From NCBI GenBank assembly GCA_028023455.1, contig JAQFVV010000006.1:11904001-11968000 (forward strand): a DNA stretch of 64,000 bases, read 5' to 3'. Positions 38,981 through 52,540 of the stretch are shown piece by piece. Within the stretch, counting starts at the first letter, position 1. Every line of letters begins with the position of its first letter. Position numbers and translations under genes: made by a program. Source of the DNA: Epiperipatus broadwayi (lineage: Eukaryota; Animalia; Onychophora). Under the pieces are notes generated by a model, which saw only the letters and a program-made list of their open reading frames with translations, made no database searches and was not told the DNA's origin.

Positions 38981-39427
38981 ACAGATTAATGCCTTTTAAC
39001 ATTCTAAAACAACATTACTATTTACTTCACATTAAAGTGCAAAATCATCCTCCTCAGTTATTCTGACCATTCAGAAAACACTAACACTTTAGCAAATGTG
39101 GGTTCTTGCATAATAAAATGTTACGCTAATCAGGACAACTAATGTACTAACTTATCTTGCTTAAAATAAAACATATGTAATATAGTATAAGTAATATTAG
39201 TATAGGAATATAAATCTGGAAAGACTCACAAAATACCTCATAAAGATTGATACATCTCATGAATTCATTTAGTACTTTTCAAGCTTTTTCGCAAGCGCTA
39301 TTCTCTTGAATAAATATTTTATTCAACCCCTATTAATTTAAACTTAATAAAATATAACTTATGAACTTCACATGCAAGTTCATATAATGATAAAATTAAA
39401 GTAATGCATTATTCATCAAATACATAA

Positions 39428-39545
39428 AATTTAACAGGTGTGTGTATGATATAAATTAAATGTATAGCATTTTATAGTTCAATACATGAATTTTAGCAGG
39501 TGTGTGTATCACAAATTGGATTGTATAGCATTTTATAACTCCAAA
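39428..39545. repeat. Two-unit ~60-bp degenerate tandem repeat
   Basis: CAGGTGTGTGTAT...TGTATAGCATTTTATA occurs twice. Confidence 0.75.
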
Positions 39546-40856
39546 TATGATCCGTGGAATCCATGTACGATGTGTCGAACAATAAATATACGAAGTAATA
39601 GCTATAATTATAGTTGAATTCCATACATGCAATTTTATCCATTTGTATTAGTTATTATAATCACTATTAGATTAACGATTTTACGTGGCTACATAAACAT
39701 GAAACAATTTCAAAACATGACACGCAGAATTTAAATGAAAATGTTTTTCATAAGTTATTAATCTCTACATTTCTCTATTAAAAATGTTCCAAGTTTATCA
39801 CATCCATGCTAATATTTATTTATCCACGCTTAAATCTAGGAATACTAATTATAGCAATTAATTTAATCATTCCAAACTGACGATAAAATTAGAAAATAGC
39901 TTTGATTAATTATTTGAAGACTATTTATTATCCAAATGTTAAACAAATTAACTAGCAAATATATTACTGGCATTGTAAAGTTAAATATCAATCAATACTA
40001 TATTTTTATTAGAATTAGAAACGGAAATATTAAACTATGTTGATAACTTTAACATTTTACTTTAATTTAAACTTCTTCTTTTTTAAAAAGCAAATTTTCA
40101 TATTCATAAAACTTCTGTAATTAAAATACTTATTTAATTTTTCCAAATTGTAGAATAATAAACATTTTAAAACATACCAAACTCTTGCAATTAATTCTTT
40201 TAAACTGGGAAGCTCCGACATTTTAAAAATGTAATATTGGAAAATTGTTACCGGTGATTTGATCCACTTGGCCAGCCGACTTGAACAGACTTTTAAATTT
40301 AGCAATTCATCTTATAATTAAATACCACTATGTTATTTTTACGTTTATAGCAAATTTTGTGGTAATCCGTTTACTTGTTAACTATTTTAAAATAAGCTTA
40401 TCAAATTTACACCATTTGCCTTTTACCATTTTCTTTTCTTTCTCCCTCCAAAAGCAAACTATCAGACGATCTTCTCTTAAATTCACGCTCTTTTCTTTTA
40501 TTACATTGAGACGCATACGTAATTACTGTATTTATTTTTAATAATTAATTTTAATTGAACAAATGGTTTTTTAATTCAATGGAAATAATAATTTAAGATC
40601 ATTTTAAACAAATAAAAACAAAATATTATTTTAATAATATTTTACCAAATTTTAATGTGTTGTCAAATTTTTAAAAAGTTAAACGTTTTGATATGAGTTA
40701 GTATATGGGAAGAAGCAAATTTAAATTTATTAAAATAATATAAGAGAGTAATCTGTTCAAAGTGCAAATCAAGCCAATCAAATCACCAAAAGAAGAAAGA
40801 GAAATTTTTATACTAGTTACATCAATTATTATATTTTATACTAAAATATATGGTTA

Positions 40857-40886
40857 CAATATATATATATATATATATATATATTG

Positions 40887-40921
<35 letters not shown>
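40857..40921. repeat. (TA)n microsatellite abutting a family 1 terminus
   Basis: Direct sequence. Confidence 0.95.
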
Positions 40922-40927
<6 letters not shown>

Positions 40928-41021
40928 TATGAGCACAGACTTTCACACAACCTACCACTCTCCACTCTATCTCATAACTCTGATGCACTTGAACACATAT
41001 ATGTTGAAAATATAAATAATC

Positions 41022-41065
41022 ACCAATATACGTATTTCATGCTAAACCAGCAATCATCAGTTGGT
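41022..41065 (-). ncRNA. Minimal type I hammerhead, copy N
   Basis: ACCAA-CUGAUGA-UUGCU-gguuu-AGCAU-GAAA-UACGUA-UA-UUGGU. Core intact; stem II closing pair is U-U. Confidence 0.75.
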
Positions 41066-41870
41066 CCAGATTATCATCTCTACACATATATGCAACAAGT
41101 GCTCAGATATATATTAAGATAGCCAATCTTCATACTTTAATGGACAGGCTTCAATCCACTCCACACTCCAACTCTTCAACTGGCCAATTAATTCGTTTAT
41201 GGAAGCCCCCTCCCCGACACTTTTATTTCTAGTTAAATATACCCACCAAAATTATGGTTGAAGTAAACATTTTATTTTGCTTTTTACTGCTTTACTTTTC
41301 AAATTAAATAAAATAATTTTTTAAAAAATGTTTTATATTCAAAATTGTTATCTTAGGAAAAGGTTTATTCGGCATCTTTATTTTACCAACAGTAGCTGAG
41401 CGCACTTTTCTAAAGTGTTGGTGGAGAGAAATGAGATCCATCTACAGGCAATGTTTGATCAAATTCACTAGGCGTTGGGGGAAGACTAAATGATCTTTTA
41501 CCGTCACATTAGTAATATATAGGGTATATGAGCACATCTATATATTACATATATAAACACAGGTATATAATAAGCCTGTGTGTTTCCGTTATTACATAGT
41601 AGAGATGTCTGCCCATCCCTTGTATATGTATTGGATGGATTATGTCCTGTACATGAGGGGTCAGATTGACCTTAGGTCAACATGGGTGTGACAAGAATCT
41701 CGGCCTCAGGGTGGCCTTTGAGCATTCCATCATCAGATTTTCAATCGGATGGACGGTTGAAGAGTTGGAGTATGGAGTAGATTGAAGCCTGTCCATTAAA
41801 GTATGAGTATTGGCTATCTTAATATATATCTGAGCACTTATAGCATATATGTGTAGAGATGGTAATCTTG

Positions 41871-41914
41871 ACCAACTGATGATTACTGGTTTAGCATGAA
41901 ATACGTATATTGGT
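41871..41914 (+). ncRNA. Minimal type I hammerhead, copy O
   Basis: ACCAA-CUGAUGA-UUACU-gguuu-AGCAU-GAAA-UACGUA-UA-UUGGU. Core intact; stem II weakened. Confidence 0.7.
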
Positions 41915-42786
41915 GATTATTTATCTTTTCAACATATGTGTGTTCAAGTGTATCAGTGTTATGAGATAGTGTGAAGAGTAGTGGGTCTTGTGAAAGTCTG
42001 TACTCATACACCCTATATATTACATATATAAACACAGGTATATAATAAGCCTGTGTGTTTCAGTCATCACATTAGGTGATTTTTCTGGAGAAGAGCTTTC
42101 CGAATTTTAACATTTAAAAATTCATTTTATAACTTGCTTTAAGTTTCTCTAATTTTTCCATACCTATTTCTCTCTAATATTTTCCATAATATGAGAATTA
42201 TTAAAGTCAGGACTTAATGCAGTTTTTGAAGTATTAGAGAAATATTCTTCAGCCTATAAACGAAAAGGAGTAACACCATCTAAACCCAAATTCTAATAGG
42301 TTCTCATTAACCGAGCAGTTGCAAAATTTTCTACTGCTTTTAATATACTGGTAAATAAGTGATACTCTGGTTGATATATCACTGTGATATTAAGACAAAG
42401 TGTGAAATGGAAGGTTCGGAATTTTGGAATTTGATTATTTGATGTCCAAATAGATTACCTTCGACTTCAGATGAAAGTTTGAGAAATAGAAGTTCAAAAT
42501 TGTCACTTATCCTCTCTGGTCATCTAAACAATGTTTTTGTGCTCTGGAGAGAAATTCATCCACTTTTTTGTTCTATTTCTGTAGGAAGAATCTGGCTTCT
42601 CTAGCCGAAAGCACTCTCAGCTGCTATTAGCAAAATAAAGATACAGAATAAATCTCTTCCTTAGCCAGCATTGAAACATTTTAGACAACTAATTATAAAA
42701 TGTATCATATATATATTATTTCTATTCTCTTATTAGAATTAAGCAAATAACCAAATATGGGGGGGAGGACTTTTACTTAATAGCAT

Positions 42787-43328
42787 TATTACATTCAAAT
42801 ATCAGCCTTTCAAGCTAATTGTGCATGTGCTTTGCGAGTGTTAATAATAAATGAATACTTTCCCTTCCAATACAAGATATAGTATTCATTTATTATTAAC
42901 ACTTGCAAAGCGCGTGCACAATTAGCTTGAAAGGCTGATATTTGAATGTAATACAATTGTAAACATGTGCTATATAAAATAAATGCTTATTTACATATGA
43001 TTAAAGTTTCAGCTAGAGTGACATTTAGTAAATTCTAGACAATATCACCAACATCATTCGTTCAGACATCATAGATAGTAATTTAAAGTGAGTGGTCTGT
43101 CCTCATGCTTTCCTTGCCAGTACTTCAGATTTGCTCATATATAAGCATTTGAGTTGTAGGAATAGGTGAATTCATTTTATTCCTGCATAAATACTATATC
43201 TTGTATTGGAAGGGAAAGTATTCATTTATTATTAACACTCGCAAAGCGCATGCACAATTAGCTTGAAAGGCTGATATTTGAATGTAATACAATTGTAAAC
43301 ATGCCTATATAAAATAAATGCTTATTTA
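42787..43328. mobile_element. PLE 3'-end family 5: inverted arm + direct partial tandem with endonuclease C-terminus
   Basis: Minus arm 42787-42882 and plus arms 42883-42995 and 43193-43328. The spacer encodes FLASTSDLLIYKHL, similar to the DLLIxEsLxI end of PLE GIY-YIG domains. Confidence 0.75.
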
Positions 43329-45068
43329 ATAGCATTATGTTATATGTAAGCAGTGAAAGCCACATGATAAATTTCAATTTATAGCATCTTGTCCAGTACC
43401 TATGGGTATTAAAAAAAATTAAGGCCACTAAAATATATATACATCTTGGCTTAAGATAATTTGAGTGTGTTGAGGTGTTTTGGAACTTCAGGCAAATGGA
43501 TTAACAGTAAGTAAAGTCACAAGTGGCTACTTCAAAAAAAGGGCATTAGATTAGGATCAAGTTACATTAAGCCCAATCTTCTTATTGACAAAGACAATGA
43601 GCCAATAATCAAACTGCAGATAAGAATAGCATAGTCCCTCAGCAGATGGATCTGGAGTAGAGAGAACAGAATTATTCCTAGCAGCTTATGTTGTAGTAAA
43701 TAGAGATGGCCATGTGATATTAATTATATGCTGGACTATTTCCATACGTCTTCAGAAAATATTCAATTTTTATTTAAACTTTGCAAATATATTCAGCTGC
43801 TATAATAGCACATGGGTTAGTATATACCACATTGTTTCAAGTGGTATTAGTTTTTTTCTACAGGTCTAACCAGTGACAGTTGCAGCATGGGAATCAAATC
43901 TAGAATATTGAATTTGACATGATGAATGATATCTTGTGATTTAAGTGAAACTTATTGGAAGTAATAGCATTTGCCACTATGACTTGACCCAATTCTTTTG
44001 TCACTATTCAATTCCCACAACCCCAAACAGTCACTCAATCTAAAAATAGAATATTGCAAAATATTTGAGGAAAGACAATAAAAAACCCAGAATCTATTAG
44101 AGATTCCAATGAAATCTCGTATTATTATTACAGTCTAGAGTAATATGATATATCCTCAATATATACAACAATGACTCACAAGATTGGTAAGTGTATAAAG
44201 TGTACTTTAAATATAGAATTGTTCTTCCATAGCTGAAAATTCACTATCCACAACTTCATTAAATTAATATTTGAAAAAGTATTAAATAATTAATAAACAT
44301 TTACAGTTTGTAATTGTGAAGTCATAAGTTTCACATGAATGCACAGTTGTACAAGTCCCATCATGTGTGATACTTTTAAAAAACTATTATATATATATAT
44401 ATATATTGTAATGGTCAGATTTGTACATTCAATTAACAAAATCCAAAGTCCAGGTAAAATATACCAAAACCAATCAAAAAGAGATGGTAAATCGCAAGTC
44501 TGACTAAAGTCTAACTCATTCACCAGTGCTCCATAATTTAACACCTTATGAACAACATTTCTGAGTTTACACACAGGTGTCAATTTAATCAGTTTGCCAG
44601 CTCCAAATAGAGAGAAACATGAGACTCCAGAACTGACTAACCAGAATGGATAACTAAAGGGTTAATTGAACTAAATAACACATTAATTAACTAAATATAA
44701 AGTTAACACTTAAAACTATAATGCTTATCTTATATATATAAGATAATAAATGAATTTGAATTGGGCTGGGTTTAGACCATGAGAAAAATGAATTAATTGA
44801 CAATACTTGGGCCAAACCCATTTTTTTTTTATTAAACCTGTAACAGCTTTTTTGTTTGAGTTTTTTGTTGAAGTAATAGGGGTCCTCTTTTATTTCAAAC
44901 CCAAGATCTTATACGGATTTAAACCGAGAATGGGAAAGAATAGCATCTTTCTTGACATCATTAGCATCTTAATATGTACTTACGTAATTTAGTGAATTAT
45001 TAATATCACACTTTGGCATATCAACAATGGTATAGCTGAATGCAGATTCCTAGATCAGAGAGGCGCAA

Positions 45069-45140
45069 GCGTTGGTGGCCTAGCGGATAGCATAGCTGCC
45101 TTCCAAGCAGCTGGCCCGGGTTCGCTTTACCGATTTGACA
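45069..45140 (+). pseudogene. tRNA-Gly(TCC)-like pseudogene / SINE head
   Basis: GCGTTGGTGGCCTAGCGGATAGCATAGCTGCCTTCCAAGCAGCTGGCCCGGGTTCGCTT; the 3' acceptor strand is lost. Confidence 0.8.
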
Positions 45141-45906
45141 TATATATATAAAGACCATTCAAAATAATTCTGCGTATGGGTCCAAAAATTATAATTATGC
45201 CATTGTAAAATATTCTTTTAATATGTATAAGTTAATCTTTTGTCTCTCCACTTAAAATATGATTAAAAGTACAATAGTTAAATAAGCGATTTTTTTTCCA
45301 ATTATTATTTTACTGCAAACAGAAATGAATTAATTCTAAGCTTGATTTATTAATTAAAGCGACAGATTTTATTGCCTTTATTAATTATCTTTTTTTGCTT
45401 TTTTTGTTTGTTTGTTTGTAATGCAAACTCTCAAAACATCTTTATCATTAATAAGATAGATGTTTTCAACATCCCATTTATCATGATGAGAGATATCAAA
45501 TTGCGCCACCTAGAAACAAAATCTAATAACTCGGATGCAGAAACATTACCGACATATAAAAATAAATAAAAGAAGTTTCTTTTTGTAAAGAATATTGTAG
45601 AAAATGAAAGGAAATAGCTTTAAATATTTATTTTAAGAGAGACTGTTATCGTTTCAGACAAGTTCGCTTCATAATCATAAACTTTTCTTTTAAAAATAAA
45701 TCCTAGCAAATGGTTTTAAAAATTATTTAAATGCCAAAAACAATTTAGTCTATAAAAGTTTCTTTAAAATATTTACGTTTTCATTATCAAATAATAATTG
45801 ATTTTGTTTAAAAAAATGTCTTATTGATTAATGTCATAAAAACAGGTTTTGCACATCAAGTCAGTTATTTTCTCATCTCTTACTTTATTCTTTAGGTCAC
45901 TTAGAC

Positions 45907-46304
45907 CAGGGTTTCCAACTTTTTTGGGTCCCCATATCCCTTTGGTTTTTAGTAAATTATACGTAATTCCTATTCATTCTAATAAGAAATAAACAGTAAT
46001 TTAGTTTTCGTAAAAGCTTTATTCAGTAAATACATCTTAATTGGGCATTTTGAGCTATCGGACCCTGCAGTGAGAAAAAATCTATGCAACCTCACTGGGT
46101 CTGTGTCTGAAAAGAGACCTGAAGTGTTTTTGGTGTGGCTGACAGACACTACTGACATGGGATAGCCCAGAAATGATGATAACAGAACTATTTTTTGAAT
46201 ATATTAATAGCATACTATACTTATTTAATAGTTATTCACCATACTTCCTGCCAAGCTTCCTGCACTCCCTGAGGGTATGAGTACCTCAGGTTGGGAACTC
46301 TCTG
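45907..46304. mobile_element. hAT-type non-autonomous element (tentative)
   Basis: Ends CAGGGTTTCCAAC / GGTTGGGAACTCTCTG resemble hAT TIRs; no clear 8-bp TSD. Confidence 0.4.
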
Positions 46305-49300
46305 ACATCACCTACTCTTCCATCACAGAATCTTTCAATCTATCACTCATTTGGATGAAATAAAGAGTTACAAATAAATTATTCTGTCTTTTTGGGTCAA
46401 TCTAAAATAACACATTAAAATCAAAATAGTAATGTATGTGGTAAATCAATTTTTTAATACTTGGAATGCATCAATCCTCATCACAAAATATAAAAACAAG
46501 CATTGTTACATTCATGTGATTGAAGCATTATGTTTAATAAACATTTTTAAAATGATGAAATCTAAAGAGGAAATTATGGCCACCATCTTTATATACACCA
46601 CTAAAACATCACATGGCATCCTCTATGTAAATCCATCATAGATTTCTAAGGATAGTAATTGATTTATTTTGTATGATTCCACAGCCATTACTATAAGATT
46701 AATTAATTAATGAGTAATAGATAACAGTATTGTATTCTTTTCTTCAGACTATTTCTGACTAATGGCTTTTGTCAATAAAAAGATTTGAACCACCTGACCA
46801 GCAGACATTTTGGGTTCTTTATACTATCAAGCTAATAGCCCACTATAAGATTTCAAGCTCAAGTCATCTTGCCTATATAGTTATATATAAATTTGATACT
46901 AGACCAATAGCAGTAGCCTGTTTTAATTGTAGGTAACTGTCATTTTGAGATTAGGATTCATATACTGGTAAGATATTATATGACTTTTAGGTTTATATAA
47001 ACATGGTCTTCCAAAAACCATAATTTGTCTAATCAAAGCCACATTGAAAGTTTGAATAATCAGTTGGCATTAGATCATAGTTCTATATCTATTCTCAAGA
47101 TTAATTTCTGATTAATGATGCTCAAGGCACTGAAATAGAAAAAAATATTATAGATTGATTTACTGTTACAGAAATTTATACATATTAGTTTTAAAATGTT
47201 CATTTGTTTAAACTAATAACATTAATATACATCTACCAGCAGTTGTGGTATAGTATTTTTAATTATTTTGGCTTACAATTAGCTAATTTTTTTTACTCAA
47301 AAAAATTATTTAATATTTTTGAGAAGAAAAAATGTTTTAATTTAAAATTACAGAAATTTCACAATGTGAAATTGACAAAGAAATATCTGAAATTTAACAT
47401 TAGCATCAAACTCTCTAAAATTTTTATTTCTGTATACTCATTCTTTAGGGATCCCTGTGCAGTATTTTTAATTGTTGTAGATTTACAAATAGATGTTTTC
47501 CTTAGTTTTGTAAAATTTAAGTGTTTAATATTTATGAGAGGAAAAATGTTTGAACTCTGGCACTGTGACAGATTTAATTATTTTTCCTTGCTATAAGCTT
47601 TCAATTTTAATTTTAACATTAAGCCATTATTCTATATCAGAATATAATAAATTTGATTTAATATGATAGATATTTACATTTAGAAATAAAATAAATCCTA
47701 AAAAAGCATATTTGAACTTTGGAAATATTGAAAAAAAAATAGATAATCAAAACAACACTATTTCATCATTCAACTTTCAGAGAGGATTAGGTTTTTTTCA
47801 GAAACAAATGAAATCTTTTTTATTTGACATTTATTTTTAAAATGTGAATAAATAAACATTAATATCTGATAATTCAATCAATTTATATATTAAAAGATTA
47901 AATTGTTTTTATAATTTTGCAAGATTCTAATGGATGGTTAATGATAATGTGGTAATGGTCATTTTGAAAAGACATTTTTTGTCATTATGCAGAAAATTTA
48001 ATATTTTTTTAAAAATAAAATGTTTACATATAAGACAAATATATAATAATGTATATTATTGATTTCTAATAATTATTACACAATTATTGGGCAACAGTAA
48101 TCATGTACCTTAATAAACTGCAAAAAATCAAGTTTTAAATTTTTTTCCTTGTTTTCAGCAATTAATTTCATATGCAGCTTTAACTCACCCTCAAACCACT
48201 ATTTTTTACTATATTTTGGTGATTTTATAGTTATTTTATCAAGAAAGCTGTACTGAATAATACTGCCATCTTTAGAATTCTTTTACAACTAATAACTGAA
48301 TAATATTTAAATTGAAAGTTATAACAATGAGGTAAGCCCTGCCTTCCAAGGTGCAGATTGGTTGTTTCTCATTCTCTACACAAGAAAGCACTTGTCAACA
48401 ATTTTGACAGTCTAAAGTTTTTTGTTTTGATTTTCAAAATAAAAATATAGTTTTAGAATTTTTTATTTTTTATTTTCACAACATATGTGTGAAAATATAA
48501 TTATTTTAGACAAACAATTCAGATTTTAAAAGAAATTATTTACTTTTAAACATGAAAGCAAGTTGAAAAAGAAATCAATGACATATGGCTACATTTAGTA
48601 ATTGGTTGAGAAAAGTATGTTTTATGTTGTGTGCTACAGATTATTTTTATCAATTATAAATAGAAATTTATTTTTAAAAAAACTTTGTTTTCTTTAATAA
48701 CCTGACAAATTATTAATTTACTTTTTAGAAACTAAACTAAAACAACTGTTATTTTAAAAGACAAATATATTTTTATTGCTGATTCTGTAATTGACCAATC
48801 AAAAATTCAGAACTTTAATTCGCCGAACCTGTAGGAATATTTGCAGTTAAATAATCTACAGAAGATTTAATAATTCTGAAAATTTTCTTGAAATTATTTC
48901 ATGAAGAATATTAACATCCAGTAATAATGAAAGAGGGGTGAACAATGTCAGATTTTCATTGAAAACCTCTTTGAAGTCCGTACATTTTAAACTATTCTCA
49001 TAATTTTAAATTTTTTTTTAGAATTAAAATATTATAATTAATTATTTATTTATCTGGTGCTGTTTTACTTGTAGTAATCATAAGGGGATTATCCCAATAC
49101 ATATTCTGTATAAGGTGGATTAATTATTATCTTTTGAAAGACTCTATCTTGTATTTAGAATGAGAGTATCCTATGTTTAGAGTGAGAGTATTTCTCAGCT
49201 TTATAAATTCATACAGGACATGGATCAGGGGGATTCCCTTATGATTATTACAATTAAAATATTAAAATAAAATGCATGTAAATTAACAGATCTAAAAAAA

Positions 49301-50034
49301 TTAGCAAAATAACTCAATAGATGAAGACACAAGCATATCGACATTCTCAATTTATTGCACAAATTCACTTGTTTTGAAGGAAACTTCAGTTAAAATGTAA
49401 CAATGTGGAAATGATAATTTTTTTTTACTGCATTTGATATTGTCTGTGATAGTTTCTTTGTTACAAAGTTTTCCATGTTTGATGATATTTTTCATTTCAA
49501 TTTTAAAACATTTGAATTAATATCTTGTACAATCTACATAAAGGTACTTTTAGGAACTTAAACTGGGTAGTGACCCTACATATGCAGTGAGTAAATAAAG
49601 TTAGCATCTACTTTCAGTCTTAATTTTTTATTAAGTAAAGTTTCAAATTAATGCAGGTACACAAATGTTTTTCTATTTCAAATTATTTCCATAGTCTATA
49701 TCTCACAAATTAGAAAATGGTAATTCGAAAAATTGAGAGTGTGTTATTTCTTGATTGTCATGATTTTAAATATCTTCATATTTATTTCAGAATGCATGCC
49801 TAGAGTTGATATTTTAGAACTCATGTCTAAAGGTTGAGGTTCATGAAATATTATGGAAATAGAATACAGATTCTAGTATTTTATACAGATGCTATAAGGA
49901 TTATCTCCAAATTAATTGTACTAGTTTAATGTCAATAGCAATATTATTGATTTTTAAAATTTCTTTGTGAAATGCATTTATATCAGATATACCCAACTTA
50001 TTAAGACTTTTCTTTTTAATTAGTTGCTAACAAT

Positions 50035-50360
50035 TTTTTTTAAAGATTTAATGTAAATTAAACAAAACATTTTAATATTTAAATAAATGTGATAAATGTA
50101 TAATGGCTGTTGGTTTTGTATTATGGTTTATTAATGGCGGAATTACTTCCTAGCTGGCCTGAAATGCCATCATTTTTTAAATTGGTTGTTTTAACAATTT
50201 TTTAGATTTAATGTAAATTAAACAAAAATTTTTAATATTATATAAATAAATTTGATAAATATACGTAGCCTGAAAAACCATCATTTTTATATTACGGTTT
50301 GTTAATGGTGGAATTATCTTCCTAGCCAGCCTGAAAGGCCATCGTTTTTGCAATCGTTTT
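50035..50360. repeat. Two-unit degenerate tandem repeat (~160-bp period)
   Basis: AGATTTAATGTAAATTAAACAAAA...TTAATGG.GGAATTA.TTCCTAGC..GCCTGAAA occurs twice. Confidence 0.8.
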
Positions 50361-50984
50361 TTTAAACAGTCACTTTAACATGTTTTTTTGATTTGTGAAA
50401 TCACTTGCTTTGGATAAAATGCTCCTAATCAAATTAAGCCTCTAAATTAAAATTTTAAAATATACTTGTTATATTTGATATATAAATTTGTTATGCACAA
50501 TTATTAATGGCAGAATTCTTTTCCTTTGCATAAAATATTTTTTGTAATGCTTACAAATTTAATAGTTTTTTTAATTGGTTGTGAATTTGACACATGACAA
50601 CCTTACGGACAAACATACATTCACCAATCAGACAACAGAGAAAATAGAGATTTTATATATATTTTCAGTGTTGTATATTTAAAAGCAAGTACAGTTAAAA
50701 TTACTAGTACTTACAGTAAATATTAAATTAGAGTAATGTAATTTTTTTAAAGGATAAAATATGTCATTACATTTTCCATTTGCAGGTACCACACTTATTT
50801 CATCCACATCTTTGATACCATCCACTTTAGATACCTACTGCAAATATATCTAATAACTTTTATGCACTATATGTGTAATATTGATTTAAAATAAAATTAT
50901 ATGTATTAAGAGAGGTTCATTTACATCGTAAACACACATATTATCATATATTTAAATATATGTATATTATTTAAACTAATTTTT

Positions 50985-51825
50985 CATGCAATTAGACAGG
51001 GCTTGGACTCAGACTTTCAAGTGCCCTAGAACTATCCGTCCATCTTATATAACTGATGCACATGACCACATGTGCAAAAGATAAATGATCTCCCAATATA
51101 CATATTTTGTGTTGAACCAGCACTCATCAGTTGGTCCAGATCATTATCTCCCACACACATCTATAATCAGTGCCCAGTTTATATTAAGATAGCAAATATT
51201 CAAACTTTAATAGACAGGCTTCAATCCTCTCCACTTTCCAACTCTTCAGCCATTCATAAGTTTGAAAATCTGATGATGGAGTGATCAAAGTCCTTGCTGG
51301 TGCCAATATTATCATCACAACCATGTTGATATTAAGTAACTCTGATACCTCATATGTAGAACCTCAATATCCATTTATATACATAGAAGAGGGAACAGAA
51401 TATATTCAGCTTGTATTATGCCATTCCCTCTTTTGGATATTTAAATGAACTTATTAAGATGCTACTTGTGAGGGGTCAGAGTAACAAAGTCAACATGAGT
51501 ATGACAATAAGATTGGCATCAAGGGTTTTGAGTCTTCCATAATCAGATATTCAATGATTTGGATGGTTGAAGAATTGGAGTGTGAAGAGGATTGAAGCCT
51601 GGGCATTAAAGTTTGAAGATTTTCTATCTTGATATAAACTGAGCACTGATTATATATCTGTGGGAGATGATCTGGAATAACTGATGAGAGCTGGTTCAGT
51701 ATGCAATATGTATATTGAAGATCATTTATCTTTTTCACATGTATGTGGCCATGTGAATAAGTTGTATAAGATGGATTGGGTAGCTGTAGAGAGCTTGAAA
51801 GTCTGAGTTCAAGCCCTGTTTAATT
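50985..51825. mobile_element. Hammerhead family 1 inverted pair P/Q
   Basis: Minus copy 50990-51420 and plus copy 51490-51820. Both outer ends share CATG.AATTA.ACAGGGCTTG.ACTCAGAC. Confidence 0.9.
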
Positions 51826-52039
51826 ACATGTATTATCATGTACATATACTAGTTATGATATATACATAAAGAGTATTTTAACTTATAGCAGAAATATCTA
51901 GTGATATATCTATATATATCAACTATAAGTGTCCAGAAAATTTAAAGTACAATATAGTTTTATATTTTCCATTTACTGTGCCAATACTAATGACTTAAAA
52001 ATAATAGGTTTCTTTTTTTAAATATTGAATGCTTTTATT

Positions 52040-52148
52040 TTTATTTTTTTCTCATGTGTCATAGCATCAGCTGGGAAGCGAACTCGCTAACCCGGGACAA
52101 CTGCTTGTAAAGCAGCTGTCACTGATCTCTCGACCATCAATGCTTGAC
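52040..52148 (-). mobile_element. tRNA-Gly-derived SINE
   Basis: Reverse copy with a perfect 15-bp TSD TTGAATGCTTTTATT. Confidence 0.92.
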
Positions 52149-52159
52149 GTTGAATGCTT

Positions 52160-52540
52160 TTATTGGTTGTGCATTAAAAAGCAATAAATAAATAAATTGT
52201 TTCTTCAACCACAATTGGGATTTTTAGATGTAACTTGAAATAAAAATATGTAAGGGGTGTGTGTGTGTGTGTCCAGCAATTAATTAAGTCAATCCCTACT
52301 TTTTATAATAAGCGATTGACTTAATTATTTTCTGGACCCCCACATGCTTTTATTTCAAGTACTTGAAATAAAGCATGGGAGGGGGGGGTCCAAAAATTAA
52401 TTCAAGTCAATTACTGACTTAATTAATTTTTGGAGCCCCCCCCCCCACCATGCTTTTATTTAAACTTAAATCTAAAACTCCAACTGGGATTGAAAGAACA
52501 ATTTTTTTTTTTTGATTTTTAATGCACAGTCAATAAAATC
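52160..52540. mobile_element. Long palindromic MITE/foldback
   Basis: TTTTATTGGTTGTGCATTAAAAA ... TTTTTAATGCACAGTCAATAAAA, with nested inner inverted modules; related to 8195-8407. Confidence 0.75.

Larger units (their letters stand above)
40921..42062. mobile_element. Hammerhead family 1: minus copy N, minus stub, and plus monomer O bounded by 475-bp-spaced direct repeats
   Basis: N at 40921-41180; inverted stub at 41513-41537; CTATATATTACATATATAAACACAGG...GTGTTTC at 41538 and 42013. Confidence 0.9.

Noticed and set aside
3906-51738. Recurrent similar peptides (KINDLQYTYFMLNQ, SWSRSSSPTHIYNQ) in many short ORFs, suggesting a gene family
   Set aside because: All overlap hammerhead family 1 copies. 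Frames and stops differ between copies and strands, so the similarity is at the DNA-repeat level.
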